This document shows, in pieces, positions 9,305 through 18,959 of a DNA stretch of 52,028 nt. The translations under genes were made by a program, and so were the position numbers. Each line of letters starts with the position of its first letter. Positions within the stretch are counted from its first letter, which is position 1. Source of the stretch: Thermoleophilia bacterium (lineage in GTDB: Bacteria; Actinomycetota; Thermoleophilia; Gaiellales; Gaiellaceae). The DNA is taken from contig JAICLU010000001.1 of assembly GCA_025925195.1 (NCBI GenBank), positions 1 to 52,028 of the forward strand, given 5' to 3'. A model generated the notes under the pieces. It did not search any database. It was not told the origin of the DNA and saw nothing but the letters and a program-made list of their open reading frames with translations.

Positions 9305-10495
9305 ATGCCAAGGCTGCCGCGCAAGAACGACGCCGCGTCGATCGCAGCCCGCCGGGAGGCCCTCGGGCTGACGGACGAGGTCGACCTCGCCCCGTACGCG
9401 AAGGCGGCGGAGTCCGTCACCGGCGTCGCCGTCATTCCCGTCTCCGTCGCGCAGCTGCAAATCTCGCTCGGGCAGTACGCGCTGTCCGACGACGGCGATG
9501 TCGTCGAGAGCGATCGCGCCGACGAGGAGGTCGTCGTCCCGCTCGCCCACACGGAGGGCGGACTGACCGCGTCGGTGCAGCGAGGCGCGCGCGCGGCGGA
9601 GCTGTCGGGCGGCTTCCGCACCCACGTCGTCGCCGACCGGATCACGCGCGCGTCCTGCTTCGTCTGTCGCGATGCCGGCGACGCGTTGACGCTCGGCCGG
9701 TGGATCGAGGATCGCGTGGACGAGGCGCGGGAGTGGCTGCGCACGGCCGACGTTCCGGAGCTGTCGCGTTACGCGGTGCTGCGCGAGGTGAAGACCCACG
9801 TCGTCGGGCCGATGTGCCACGTGCTCTGGCGGTTCACGACGGGCGATGCCGTCGGGCCGAACATGATGACGCGAAACGCGTACGCGCTGAACATGGCGTT
9901 CGTGCTGCCGAACGCGCCGGTGAGCGTCGAGCGGTCGATGCTCGAGGCGAACATGGGCGGCGACAAGAAGCCGTCGCACGAGTACTTCCAGTCCGGCCAC
10001 GGCAAGACGGTGATCGCCGAGGTGACGCTGACGGACGAGGCGATCGAGCGGGTGCTACGGACGACCGCCGCCGATCTCGAGGCGCTCTCGTGGGCCGGCA
10101 CGCACGGCGCGGTCGCGTCGGGCATGCAGTCGGTCGCATTCACCCCGGCCTCTGCGGTGGCCGCCGTGTTCGCGGCGACGGGCCAGGATCTCGGGATGGT
10201 CGGGACGTCTTCGATGGCACACGGCACCGGGCGGCGGGTCGAGGGCGGCCTCCACGCGTCGATCCGCTTCCCCGGCCTCGAGGTCGGTACGGTCGGCGGC
10301 GGCACGAGCCTGCCGACGGCGCACGAGTGGCTGACCGTGCTCGGCTGCGCAGGCCCCGGCACGGTGTACCGCTTCGCCCAGGTCGTCGCCGCGACCGCGC
10401 TCGCGCTCGAGATCAGCGCGAGCGCGGCCATGGCGACGGCCGGCTCGGAGAACTTCTTCAGAGCCCACTTCGAGCGCGGCGGGATTCGCTCCTAG
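9305..10495 (+). CDS. Soluble class-I-type HMG-CoA reductase family protein
   Basis: Motifs 'VPLAHTEGGLTASVQRG', 'GDAVGPNMMT', 'GGDKKPS', 'ATGQDLG' and 'GTVGGGTSLPT' correspond to the class-I Glu, DAMGxN, Lys, Asp and GTVGGGT blocks. No membrane domain. A TACGCT hexamer sits 6 nt upstream of the ATG. Confidence 0.8.
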   Translation: MPRLPRKNDAASIAARREALGLTDEVDLAPYAKAAESVTGVAVIPVSVAQLQISLGQYALSDDGDVVESDRADEEVVVPLAHTEGGLTASVQRGARAAELSGGFRTHVVADRITRASCFVCRDAGDALTLGRWIEDRVDEAREWLRTADVPELSRYAVLREVKTHVVGPMCHVLWRFTTGDAVGPNMMTRNAYALNMAFVLPNAPVSVERSMLEANMGGDKKPSHEYFQSGHGKTVIAEVTLTDEAIERVLRTTAADLEALSWAGTHGAVASGMQSVAFTPASAVAAVFAATGQDLGMVGTSSMAHGTGRRVEGGLHASIRFPGLEVGTVGGGTSLPTAHEWLTVLGCAGPGTVYRFAQVVAATALALEISASAAMATAGSENFFRAHFERGGIRS

Positions 10496-11109
10496 CCCCG
10501 GAGCTTCTGCTTCGCGAGCACGTTCCCGGCTGCATCGAGGCTGACGAGGTACACCGCCGCGTCCTGCGGCAGCACCTTGCCGGACGCGAACAGGTTGTCG
10601 ACCACGGGCGTCGAGTCGAGCACCGTGCCGTTCGCGTCCTCGAACTCGACGGTCGCGACGCCGTCGGACGCGACCCCTTCGAGCTGCCGTGCCGGTGGAA
10701 ACGTCACGGCCCGCTTGTCGGCCGACGGGAACCCGTCGTCATTGAAGTCGCAACCGACGCCCTTGCCGTACTGGTCGCTCACGTGGTCGATCGCCATGCA
10801 GAAGTGCCCCTTGGCGTTCCGGCCGATGTAGAACGCTACGCCGTTGAGCGTGCCAAGGGACTGCATCGTCCCACCGACCTGCATCTCCTGCAGCGCCGCG
10901 TCGAGCTTCGACTGGTCGGGAAGCACCTGGCTCGTCGGCACGGTCGCTCCCTGGTTCGAGACGCCGATCTGGTCCGCCACCGCGATCGCGGCGGGGACGA
11001 GCGCCGCCGCTGCGACGACGGCAATCGTCCAGCGGTGCGTGTGCCGGCGTGCGCGTGCGGGCGCGGGCACGGGGTTGGCGGCGGCGAGCCGCGCGATGGT
11101 GTCGTTCAT
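10492..11109 (-). CDS. Single-pass membrane protein downstream of the ECF sigma factor (possible non-canonical anti-sigma)
   Basis: ATGA overlap with the sigma gene. 'MNDTIARLAAANPVP', then an Arg-rich segment, then TM 'WTIAVVAAAALVPAAIAVA', then an extracytoplasmic domain of about 160 aa. No HxxxCxxC anti-sigma motif. Confidence 0.65.
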   Translation of the reverse strand: MNDTIARLAAANPVPAPARARRHTHRWTIAVVAAAALVPAAIAVADQIGVSNQGATVPTSQVLPDQSKLDAALQEMQVGGTMQSLGTLNGVAFYIGRNAKGHFCMAIDHVSDQYGKGVGCDFNDDGFPSADKRAVTFPPARQLEGVASDGVATVEFEDANGTVLDSTPVVDNLFASGKVLPQDAAVYLVSLDAAGNVLAKQKLRG

Positions 11110-11597
11110 TCCGTCACTCCTTTCGGGTTCGGTCGAAAGGACGCAGCGCTCCCGAGCTTCGCGCCCAGCCGAGACTTCGCACGGTGGTAGCGCACGCGTG
11201 CTGCGACGGGCGAGCACTCGAGCACGCGTGCGGCGGCGCGGAGCGACAGGCCCTCCCAGGCGACGAGGCGGAGGATCTCGCGGTCGGCGTCGCTCAGCGC
11301 CGCGAACGCGACGGCGAGCTTCGGATCGCCCGCCGGCCCAGGCTCATATGCGGCCTCGTGCGAGATCTCGGGTGCGAGCGGTACGTCCCGGCGCTTCCGC
11401 CGCTCGTTCGCGAGCGTCTTGCGGGCGACGCCGTACAGCCACGGCAGCGGGTCGCGGGGAACGTCCTCGATCCGCCGCAGGCAGACGACGAAGACGTCGG
11501 CGACGAGGTCGTCGACGAGCGACTCCGGCGCACGCCGTCGCATGTACGCCAAGACGGCGTCGCGATGCTCCTCGTAGATCCGCTCGAAGCGTTGCAT
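11106..11597 (-). CDS. ECF-type RNA polymerase sigma-70 family factor
   Basis: 163 aa. Region 2 reads 'DLVADVFVVCLRRIEDV...PWLYGVARKTLANERR'. Region 4 HTH reads 'REILRLVAWEGLSLRAAARVLECSPVAARVRYHRAKSRL'. Confidence 0.9.
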   Translation of the reverse strand: MQRFERIYEEHRDAVLAYMRRRAPESLVDDLVADVFVVCLRRIEDVPRDPLPWLYGVARKTLANERRKRRDVPLAPEISHEAAYEPGPAGDPKLAVAFAALSDADREILRLVAWEGLSLRAAARVLECSPVAARVRYHRAKSRLGAKLGSAASFRPNPKGVTE

Positions 11598-11606
11598 CCA
11601 CCCTGT

Positions 11607-12455
11607 CTATGTCGCGGCGGGCGGCGACGTTACATCCGTCGCAAGAAGCACGAGCGCGGCCGCCCGGACGTGCGGTACCTCATGGGCGATCCGCCACATG
11701 GGCGCATCCGCCTCGTCTGCCTCGATCGAGAGCAGCTTGCCCAGGGCGTTCGCACGCTCGAGCGCGTGCGCGACGAGCATCCGGGCCGTAGCCTCGTTCG
11801 CGGCGCCGGCGACGAGGGCGAGCTCGTCCGATCGCTCCGCGAACGGCGCACCGTGCAGCGACGCAACTCCGCCGTCGGCCACCGCCGCCTCGACCAGAGA
11901 GGTACCGCAGAAGATGCGGAGCGACTCGTCGAGCGGACGCTCCGTCGCGGGCGACCAGGTGGCGTGCTGCCGGCGATATGCATCCTCGTGCGCCAGGGCG
12001 AGGGCTTCGTTCGATCGCGGGCGTCCGACGTCGCCGCGATGCGCCTCGATCCAGGCGCCGACCGAGGCCGGATCGACGACGACCGTCACGTTCCTCATCA
12101 ACAACGCGAAGCCGTGCGCCCGCAGGAAGCGTCCCCCCGGATCGTCGAGATCACGGACGCGTGCGAGCAGCGGCCGCCGGTCCGATTCCTGTTGCAGCGC
12201 GTCGAGCAGCGCCGAGCCGTGACCCTGCCGCCGGCGCTCGGGCAGCACCGCGCCTGCGAGGAAGCGGCGCGAGGGGTGGCGCGCGCTCTCGACGAGCGTC
12301 CCGACGCCGACGATCCGGTCGCCGGCCTCGGCGACGAGCGTTCCGCGCGGTTGTGCGTGCACGGCGGAGATCTCGCGCAGCACTGGATCGCCGGCATATG
12401 CGGCGTCGAGAACGGCATCGACCGCGGCGGCGTCCGCAGCGGTGAACGGGCGCAC
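11607..12455 (-). CDS. GNAT family N-acetyltransferase (two-domain)
   Basis: 'VGVGTLVE...VLPERRRQGHGSALLDAL' is the acetyl-CoA motif A (R/Q-x-x-G-x-G/A). A second, degenerate GNAT-like half follows. The GTG start lies 2 nt after the upstream stop. Confidence 0.8.
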   Translation of the reverse strand: MRPFTAADAAAVDAVLDAAYAGDPVLREISAVHAQPRGTLVAEAGDRIVGVGTLVESARHPSRRFLAGAVLPERRRQGHGSALLDALQQESDRRPLLARVRDLDDPGGRFLRAHGFALLMRNVTVVVDPASVGAWIEAHRGDVGRPRSNEALALAHEDAYRRQHATWSPATERPLDESLRIFCGTSLVEAAVADGGVASLHGAPFAERSDELALVAGAANEATARMLVAHALERANALGKLLSIEADEADAPMWRIAHEVPHVRAAALVLLATDVTSPPAAT

Positions 12456-12457
12456 GG

Positions 12458-13276
12458 CTACAGCGTCGGGAGACGGACTTCACTCACGTCGAGCCCGAGG
12501 CTCGCCGCGAGCCGGCGGCCGTGCTCGAGCTCCTGCACGAGCCGCTCCCGGTCGCGTGACTCCATGAGCGAGCCGATGAACTCACGGGCCTTCGGCCGCC
12601 AGAGCGCGTGCTTCGCGAACTCGGGCAGCATCCGGTTCGCCGCGTCGATCAGCCGCGCCTTCACGGTGGGCGGCGCGTGCTCGAGCAGGATCCGCTCATA
12701 CGCCATCCCGGAGCCGTGGTGGATGCCGTCGTCGACGGCGAGCCGGTTGCAGATGTCCTCGAGCACCGTCCCGCGCGACGAGCGCGCGATGAGCCGGAAC
12801 CGCGGGATGATCAGCCGCTCGAAGAAGACCTGCATCAGGAAGACCTTCTCCTCGAGCGAGTCGGCCTCCAGGAACATCCGCCCAAGCCGGTCGAGGTGCG
12901 GGTCGCGCTCCCCTTCGCCGCCGACCTGGCCGATCAGCTTCATCCACGCCTCCGTGTGGCGCGACTCGTCCTGCACCATCGTCGTGTAATAGAGCCTCGC
13001 CTCCGGGTCGGGCGCCGCGTTCAGCAGCTGCGCCGACATCTCGCACGCGATGACGTCCGCCTGGAGCTGCTGCATGACGACGCTGCGCCAGATGTCGCGG
13101 CGCCGCGCCTGCCGCTGCGGCGAGCCCTTGCCCTCCGGGACCGGCGGCAGCTCGCCCCACGGCACGTCCTTCACCTGCCACTCTGCGTGCTTCGCGAGGT
13201 CGTAGAACCGGAGGACACCGGCGTACCGGCTGCGGTCGTCGAGCTCGGGAGCCTCGGCAGTCGGTTCGGCGCTCAC
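12458..13276 (-). CDS. Ferritin-like diiron-carboxylate protein (AurF/R2-like four-helix bundle)
   Basis: Candidate metal ligands are 'ACE', 'QDESRH' (ExxH), 'FFERL' and 'VDDGIHH' (DxxH). GTG 13276 is chosen; upstream of it the ORF is antisense to the divergent gene. Confidence 0.65.
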   Translation of the reverse strand: MSAEPTAEAPELDDRSRYAGVLRFYDLAKHAEWQVKDVPWGELPPVPEGKGSPQRQARRRDIWRSVVMQQLQADVIACEMSAQLLNAAPDPEARLYYTTMVQDESRHTEAWMKLIGQVGGEGERDPHLDRLGRMFLEADSLEEKVFLMQVFFERLIIPRFRLIARSSRGTVLEDICNRLAVDDGIHHGSGMAYERILLEHAPPTVKARLIDAANRMLPEFAKHALWRPKAREFIGSLMESRDRERLVQELEHGRRLAASLGLDVSEVRLPTL

Positions 13277-13300
13277 GGGCCTGGACCTTATCCTGCCGTC

Positions 13301-13603
13301 GTGATCGCACTCGTCTTCAGCTACGAGATCCGCGACGCAGAGCAGTTCGAGGCCGTGCACGGACCGGACGGCGAATGGGCGGCATTCTTTGCGGGCGCGC
13401 GGGGCTACATCGGCACCGAGCTCCTGCGCGACGTCGAGCACCCCGGCCGGTACCTCGTGATCGACCGCTGGGAGTCGACGGAGGCCTACAACGGCTTCGT
13501 CGCAGAGCATCGCGACGAATTCATGCGCCGCGTCGACGACACGCGGTACATGGTCGAGCAGGAGCTCCGTTTCGGCACCTTCGAGAACGTCTGGGGCGCG
13601 TAG
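13301..13603 (+). CDS. Antibiotic-biosynthesis-monooxygenase (ABM) domain protein
   Basis: 100 aa. 'VIALVFSYEIRDAEQFEAVHGPDGEWAAFF...YLVIDRWESTEAYNGF' fits the ferredoxin-like ABM pattern. A TATCCT hexamer sits 6 nt before GTG 13301. Confidence 0.7.
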   Translation: MIALVFSYEIRDAEQFEAVHGPDGEWAAFFAGARGYIGTELLRDVEHPGRYLVIDRWESTEAYNGFVAEHRDEFMRRVDDTRYMVEQELRFGTFENVWGA

Positions 13604-13687
13604 AGCCGATCACGCTGTCGGGTGATACTCCGACCCCGCTGCCCGGCCGATACTGAAGCTGCTGCGGCTCGACCGAAAGGACGGGCC

Positions 13688-13960
13688 ATGATCCGCTCGA
13701 TAGTCGTCGCCGGCGCCTGCATCTTCGCCCTGCTGCTCGTCATCAGGGACGGCCGCGTCATGCGCGCAACCGGGCTCACGGCCACGTGCACGGTCGTCCA
13801 GCAGGGGACGGACGGCTCGCAGCTTGCCGCCTGCCGGCCGGGCAGGCTCGAAGGACGGCCGGACCTGACCCGTCGTGGCTGCCTCAGCGCGGGCACCACC
13901 GGCACCTACCAGTACTGGCGCTGCCCGGCCGACCAGGCAGCAGACGAGGCGACTCGCTAG
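13688..13960 (+). CDS. Small membrane-anchored hypothetical protein with a Cys-containing ectodomain (90 aa)
   Basis: AAGGA lies 8 nt upstream of the ATG. N-terminal TM is 'IVVAGACIFALLLVI'; cysteines occur in the C-terminal part. High GC3. No family recognised. Confidence 0.5.
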   Translation: MIRSIVVAGACIFALLLVIRDGRVMRATGLTATCTVVQQGTDGSQLAACRPGRLEGRPDLTRRGCLSAGTTGTYQYWRCPADQAADEATR

Positions 13961-13985
13961 CTCGGGGGATGGGCCTGCCGCTCGT

Positions 13986-14011
13986 GCCCGCCGATACGAA
14001 CGGCGGGCTTT
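13986..14011 (+). terminator. Weak terminator-like hairpin
   Basis: GCCCGCCG-ATACGAA-CGGCGGGC followed by only TTT, 26 nt after the stop at 13960. Confidence 0.3.
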
Positions 14012-14102
14012 GCGGCGAGCTCGGCACGGCGCCGACGTCAACGGGGTGACGGCGGCGCCGCTGCGCACTGCGAAGCAAGTCGGCCGAGTTTGCTTGCAGG
14101 CG

Positions 14103-16307
<2,205 letters not shown>

Positions 16308-16308
16308 G

Positions 16309-16515
16309 TCAGTCCTCGACGTCGTATCCGGCGTCGTCGATCGCGGCGCGCACTGCGGCGTCCGACGCCTCGCCGCCGACCGTCACGAGCTTTCGCTCGA
16401 GGTCGACGCGGACCTCTCTGACACCCGCGACCGAGCCGACGCTCGCCGCGATCGCCTGCTCGCAGTGCGCGCAGCTGATCCCCGGGACGCGATAGGTGAT
16501 CTCTGTATACCCCAT
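16309..16515 (-). CDS. copZ: Copper chaperone (heavy-metal-associated domain)
   Basis: '[11 protein letters not shown]' is an MxCxxC-type metal site. It lies 1 nt upstream of copA. ATG 16515 is preferred because it sits in the centre of the operator; ATG 16530 is the alternative. Confidence 0.85.
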   Translation of the reverse strand: MGYTEITYRVPGISCAHCEQAIAASVGSVAGVREVRVDLERKLVTVGGEASDAAVRAAIDDAGYDVED

Positions 16516-16523
16516 GGGGGTAT
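16507..16523. promoter_or_regulatory. CsoR operator candidate (ATACCCC-ATG-GGGGTAT)
   Basis: Perfect 7-bp inverted arms between divergent copZ and csoR. It resembles the GC-rich TACCC...GGGTA pseudo-palindromes reported for CsoR operators in Bacillus and Streptomyces (from memory). Flanked by TACCAT (-) and TACACT (+) hexamers. Confidence 0.7.
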
Positions 16524-16537
16524 GGTACACTATCGCC

Positions 16538-16828
16538 GTGGCGCACGGCTACTCCGCAGACAAGGATCAGCTCCTGAAGCGCCTCGCGCGGATCGAGGGG
16601 CAGGTGCGCGGGATCTCGAAGATGGTCGAGGACGATCGCTACTGCATCGACATCCTCACGCAGCTCGGCGCCGTCGACACGGCCCTCGAAGCGGTGGCGA
16701 TCAAGGTGCTCGAGGAGCACGTCGAGCACTGCGTCGCCGGCGCCCTCGCCTCCGGAGACCGCGCGCAGGCGGACGAGAAGAGCCGCGAGCTGCTCGCAGC
16801 CGTGCAACGGTTCGCGAAGACCCGCTGA
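16538..16828 (+). CDS. csoR: Copper-sensing transcriptional repressor, CsoR family
   Basis: 'LKRLARIEGQVRGISKMVEDDRYCIDILTQL...EEHVEHC' carries the C-H-C Cu(I) ligand pattern. GTG 16538 is preferred; ATG 16514 and 16496 are in-frame alternatives. Confidence 0.88.
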   Translation: MAHGYSADKDQLLKRLARIEGQVRGISKMVEDDRYCIDILTQLGAVDTALEAVAIKVLEEHVEHCVAGALASGDRAQADEKSRELLAAVQRFAKTR

Positions 16829-17236
16829 ATGCGGATGGCCGTCCGGGCGACCCTGCACTGCCTGACCGGCTGCGCGGTCGGCGAGATCCTCGGCATGGTG
16901 CTCGCCACCGCCTTCGGCTGGGGCAATACGACGTCGATCGCGGTGTCCGTCGTGCTGGCATTCCTCTTCGGCTACGGACTGACCTACCGAACAGTTCGCA
17001 GCGTCCGCACCGCCCTCGCCGCCGACACGGTCTCGATCGCGACGATGGAGATCGTCGACAACGCGTTCATCGCCATCGTCCCGGGCGCGCTCGCGGCCGG
17101 GCTCACCGCCGGCCTCTTCTGGTGGAGCCTTCTGGCGAGCCTCGCGGTCGCCTTCGTCGTCGCCGTGCCGGTCAACGCCTGGTTGATCGCCCGCGGACGC
17201 GGGCACGCGGTGGTGCATCACCACCACGCACACTGA
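16829..17236 (+). CDS. DUF4396 membrane protein with His-rich tail
   Basis: 'HCLTGCAVGEILGM' is the DUF4396 signature. About 4 TM helices. C-terminal 'HAVVHHHHAH'. It starts immediately after the csoR stop. Confidence 0.8.
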   Translation: MRMAVRATLHCLTGCAVGEILGMVLATAFGWGNTTSIAVSVVLAFLFGYGLTYRTVRSVRTALAADTVSIATMEIVDNAFIAIVPGALAAGLTAGLFWWSLLASLAVAFVVAVPVNAWLIARGRGHAVVHHHHAH

Positions 17237-17873
17237 ACCCGAGCTGACGCATCCCGACCGGGTCTACTGGCCCGAGCTCGGCGCGACGAAGCGCGATCTC
17301 GCCGAGTGCTACCGGACGATCGCACGGCGGGCTCGTGCAGTACGCCGTCGTCGACGACCTGCCATCGCTGCTCTGGATGGTCGAGCTCGGCGCGGTGGAC
17401 CTCCACATCTGGCCCTCTCGGTGCGATCGACCCGACCGCCCCGATTATGTTCTGTTCGACATCGACGCCGAGCAGACGCTCGACACGCTCGGCCTCGAGA
17501 GCTATGTCCGCACGAGCGGCGCGGCGACGGGATGCACGTGCTCGTCCCGATCGCGAGGCGGCACACGAGCGCCGAGGCTCGCGCGTTCGCCAATGTCGTC
17601 GCGGGCGCGCTGCGGCTCGAGCGCGCGAGAATCGACACGAAGATGATCGGCCACGGGCAGCAGGTCGTCGCCGGCTACTCGGTACGGCCGCTCCCGGGCG
17701 CGCCGGTCGCGACGCCGCTCGACTGGGACGAGCTCGAGCCGACCCTCGACCCTCGGGCGCTCAACCTGCGGACCGTCCCGGAGCGCGTCGCGCGGCTCGG
17801 CGACCTCCATGAGCCGCTGCTCCACGGGCGCCGGCGACTTGCAATTCGCACGCGTCTGCGCAACAAGTCATAA
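17235..17873 (+). pseudogene. ligD: Decayed LigD polymerase/primase-domain (NHEJ) pseudogene
   Basis: PolDom blocks are scattered over two frames. 'LTHPDRVYWPELGATKRDLAECYRTIA' is in one frame. 'YAVVDDLPSLLWMVELGAVDLHIWP...DYVLFDIDAEQ...LGLESYVRTSG' is in a second frame. 'GMHVLVPI...GYSVRPLPGAPVATPLDWDEL...RLGDLHEPLL' returns to the first frame. At least 2 frameshifts and internal deletions; the span is 639 nt. Confidence 0.8.
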
Positions 17874-17948
17874 GCAATCGAAATCGCCCAATCCGCGTCT
17901 AACCAGCAAACGTAGGCTGACCTGTTCAATCCCGACTGGAGGTCGTGC

Positions 17949-18959
17949 GTGAGCCCGGACGAGCTGAGTGCGGCGACCGCTGTCGCCGAGCGCTTCCTCG
18001 ACAACATCGAGACCGTCGTGCACGGGAAGCGGGAGCAGATCAAGCTCGTCGTCGCCGCGCTGATGGTCGGCGGCCACGTGCTCCTCGAGGATGTCCCCGG
18101 CACCGCGAAGACGGTGCTTGCGCGCGCCATCGCCGGCTCGATCGACGGCGCGCGCGCGACGCGCATCCAGTGCACGCCCGACTTGCAGCCGACCGACGTC
18201 ACCGGACTGTCGATCTTCAACCAGCGCGAGCGCGACTTCGAGTTCCGGCCGGGCCCGGTGTTCGCCAACATCGTGCTCGTCGACGAGATCAACCGCGCGA
18301 TGCCCAAGACGCAGTCGGCCCTGCTCGAGGCGATGGCCGAACAGCAGGTGACCGTCGACGGCGAGACCCGGCCGCTCGACGAGCCGTTCCTCGTGCTCGC
18401 GACGCAGAACCCGATCGAGTACGAGGGCACGTTCCCGTTGCCCGAGGCGCAGCTCGACCGGTTCCTCGTCAAGACGGCGCTCGGGTATCCGGACGCCGAC
18501 GACGAGGCCCGCATCGTCGAGGAGCAGATCGCGGGCCACCCGCTCGGCCGGCTCGAGCCCGTCGTCGGCCTCGACGAGATCGCGACGCTCCGCCGGGCGG
18601 TCGGAGGCGTCTTCGTGCACGAGGCGGTCGCCCGCTGGACGGTCGATCTCGTCCGGGCGACGCGCGACCTCGAGTTGGTCGCGATCGGCAGCTCCGTGCG
18701 CGGCACGCTCGCGCTCAACCGGACGGCACGTGCGTGGGCGCTGCTGCACGATCGGCGTTACGTCACGCCCGAGGACATCGAGGAGCTGTTCGTGCCCGTG
18801 CTGTTGCACCGAATCCTCTTCCGCCCGAGCTTCGTCGCCGAGATCCGCGATCGCGGCTGGGAGGCGGCGAGCCGGGAGGTCCGGCAGCGCTGCCTCGACG
18901 TGTCGCCGAAGCCGGGCTTCGACATCGATCTCGACGTCCCGGCACCGGCGAGCGGCTAG
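17949..18959 (+). CDS. moxR: MoxR-family AAA+ ATPase
   Basis: Walker A 'DVPGTAKT', Walker B 'IVLVDEINR', and 'LLEAMAEQQVTVDG...LATQNPIEYEGTFPLPEAQLDRF'. GTG start with GGAGG 6 nt upstream. Confidence 0.93.
   Translation: MSPDELSAATAVAERFLDNIETVVHGKREQIKLVVAALMVGGHVLLEDVPGTAKTVLARAIAGSIDGARATRIQCTPDLQPTDVTGLSIFNQRERDFEFRPGPVFANIVLVDEINRAMPKTQSALLEAMAEQQVTVDGETRPLDEPFLVLATQNPIEYEGTFPLPEAQLDRFLVKTALGYPDADDEARIVEEQIAGHPLGRLEPVVGLDEIATLRRAVGGVFVHEAVARWTVDLVRATRDLELVAIGSSVRGTLALNRTARAWALLHDRRYVTPEDIEELFVPVLLHRILFRPSFVAEIRDRGWEAASREVRQRCLDVSPKPGFDIDLDVPAPASG

Noticed and set aside
9305-10495. Presence of HMG-CoA reductase taken as evidence for a mevalonate pathway or isoprenoid/terpenoid gene cluster here.
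   Set aside because: No other mevalonate-pathway, prenyltransferase or terpene synthase gene is visible within the window, so the claim cannot be made from this sequence. It is reported only as an orphan enzyme.
17839-17918. Promoter for the moxR operon (TTGCAA at 17839-44; TAGGCT at 17913-18).
   Set aside because: The hexamers are not at a compatible 16-19-nt spacing from each other and -35 elements are weak in this kind of genome. There is too little support to annotate without TSS data.
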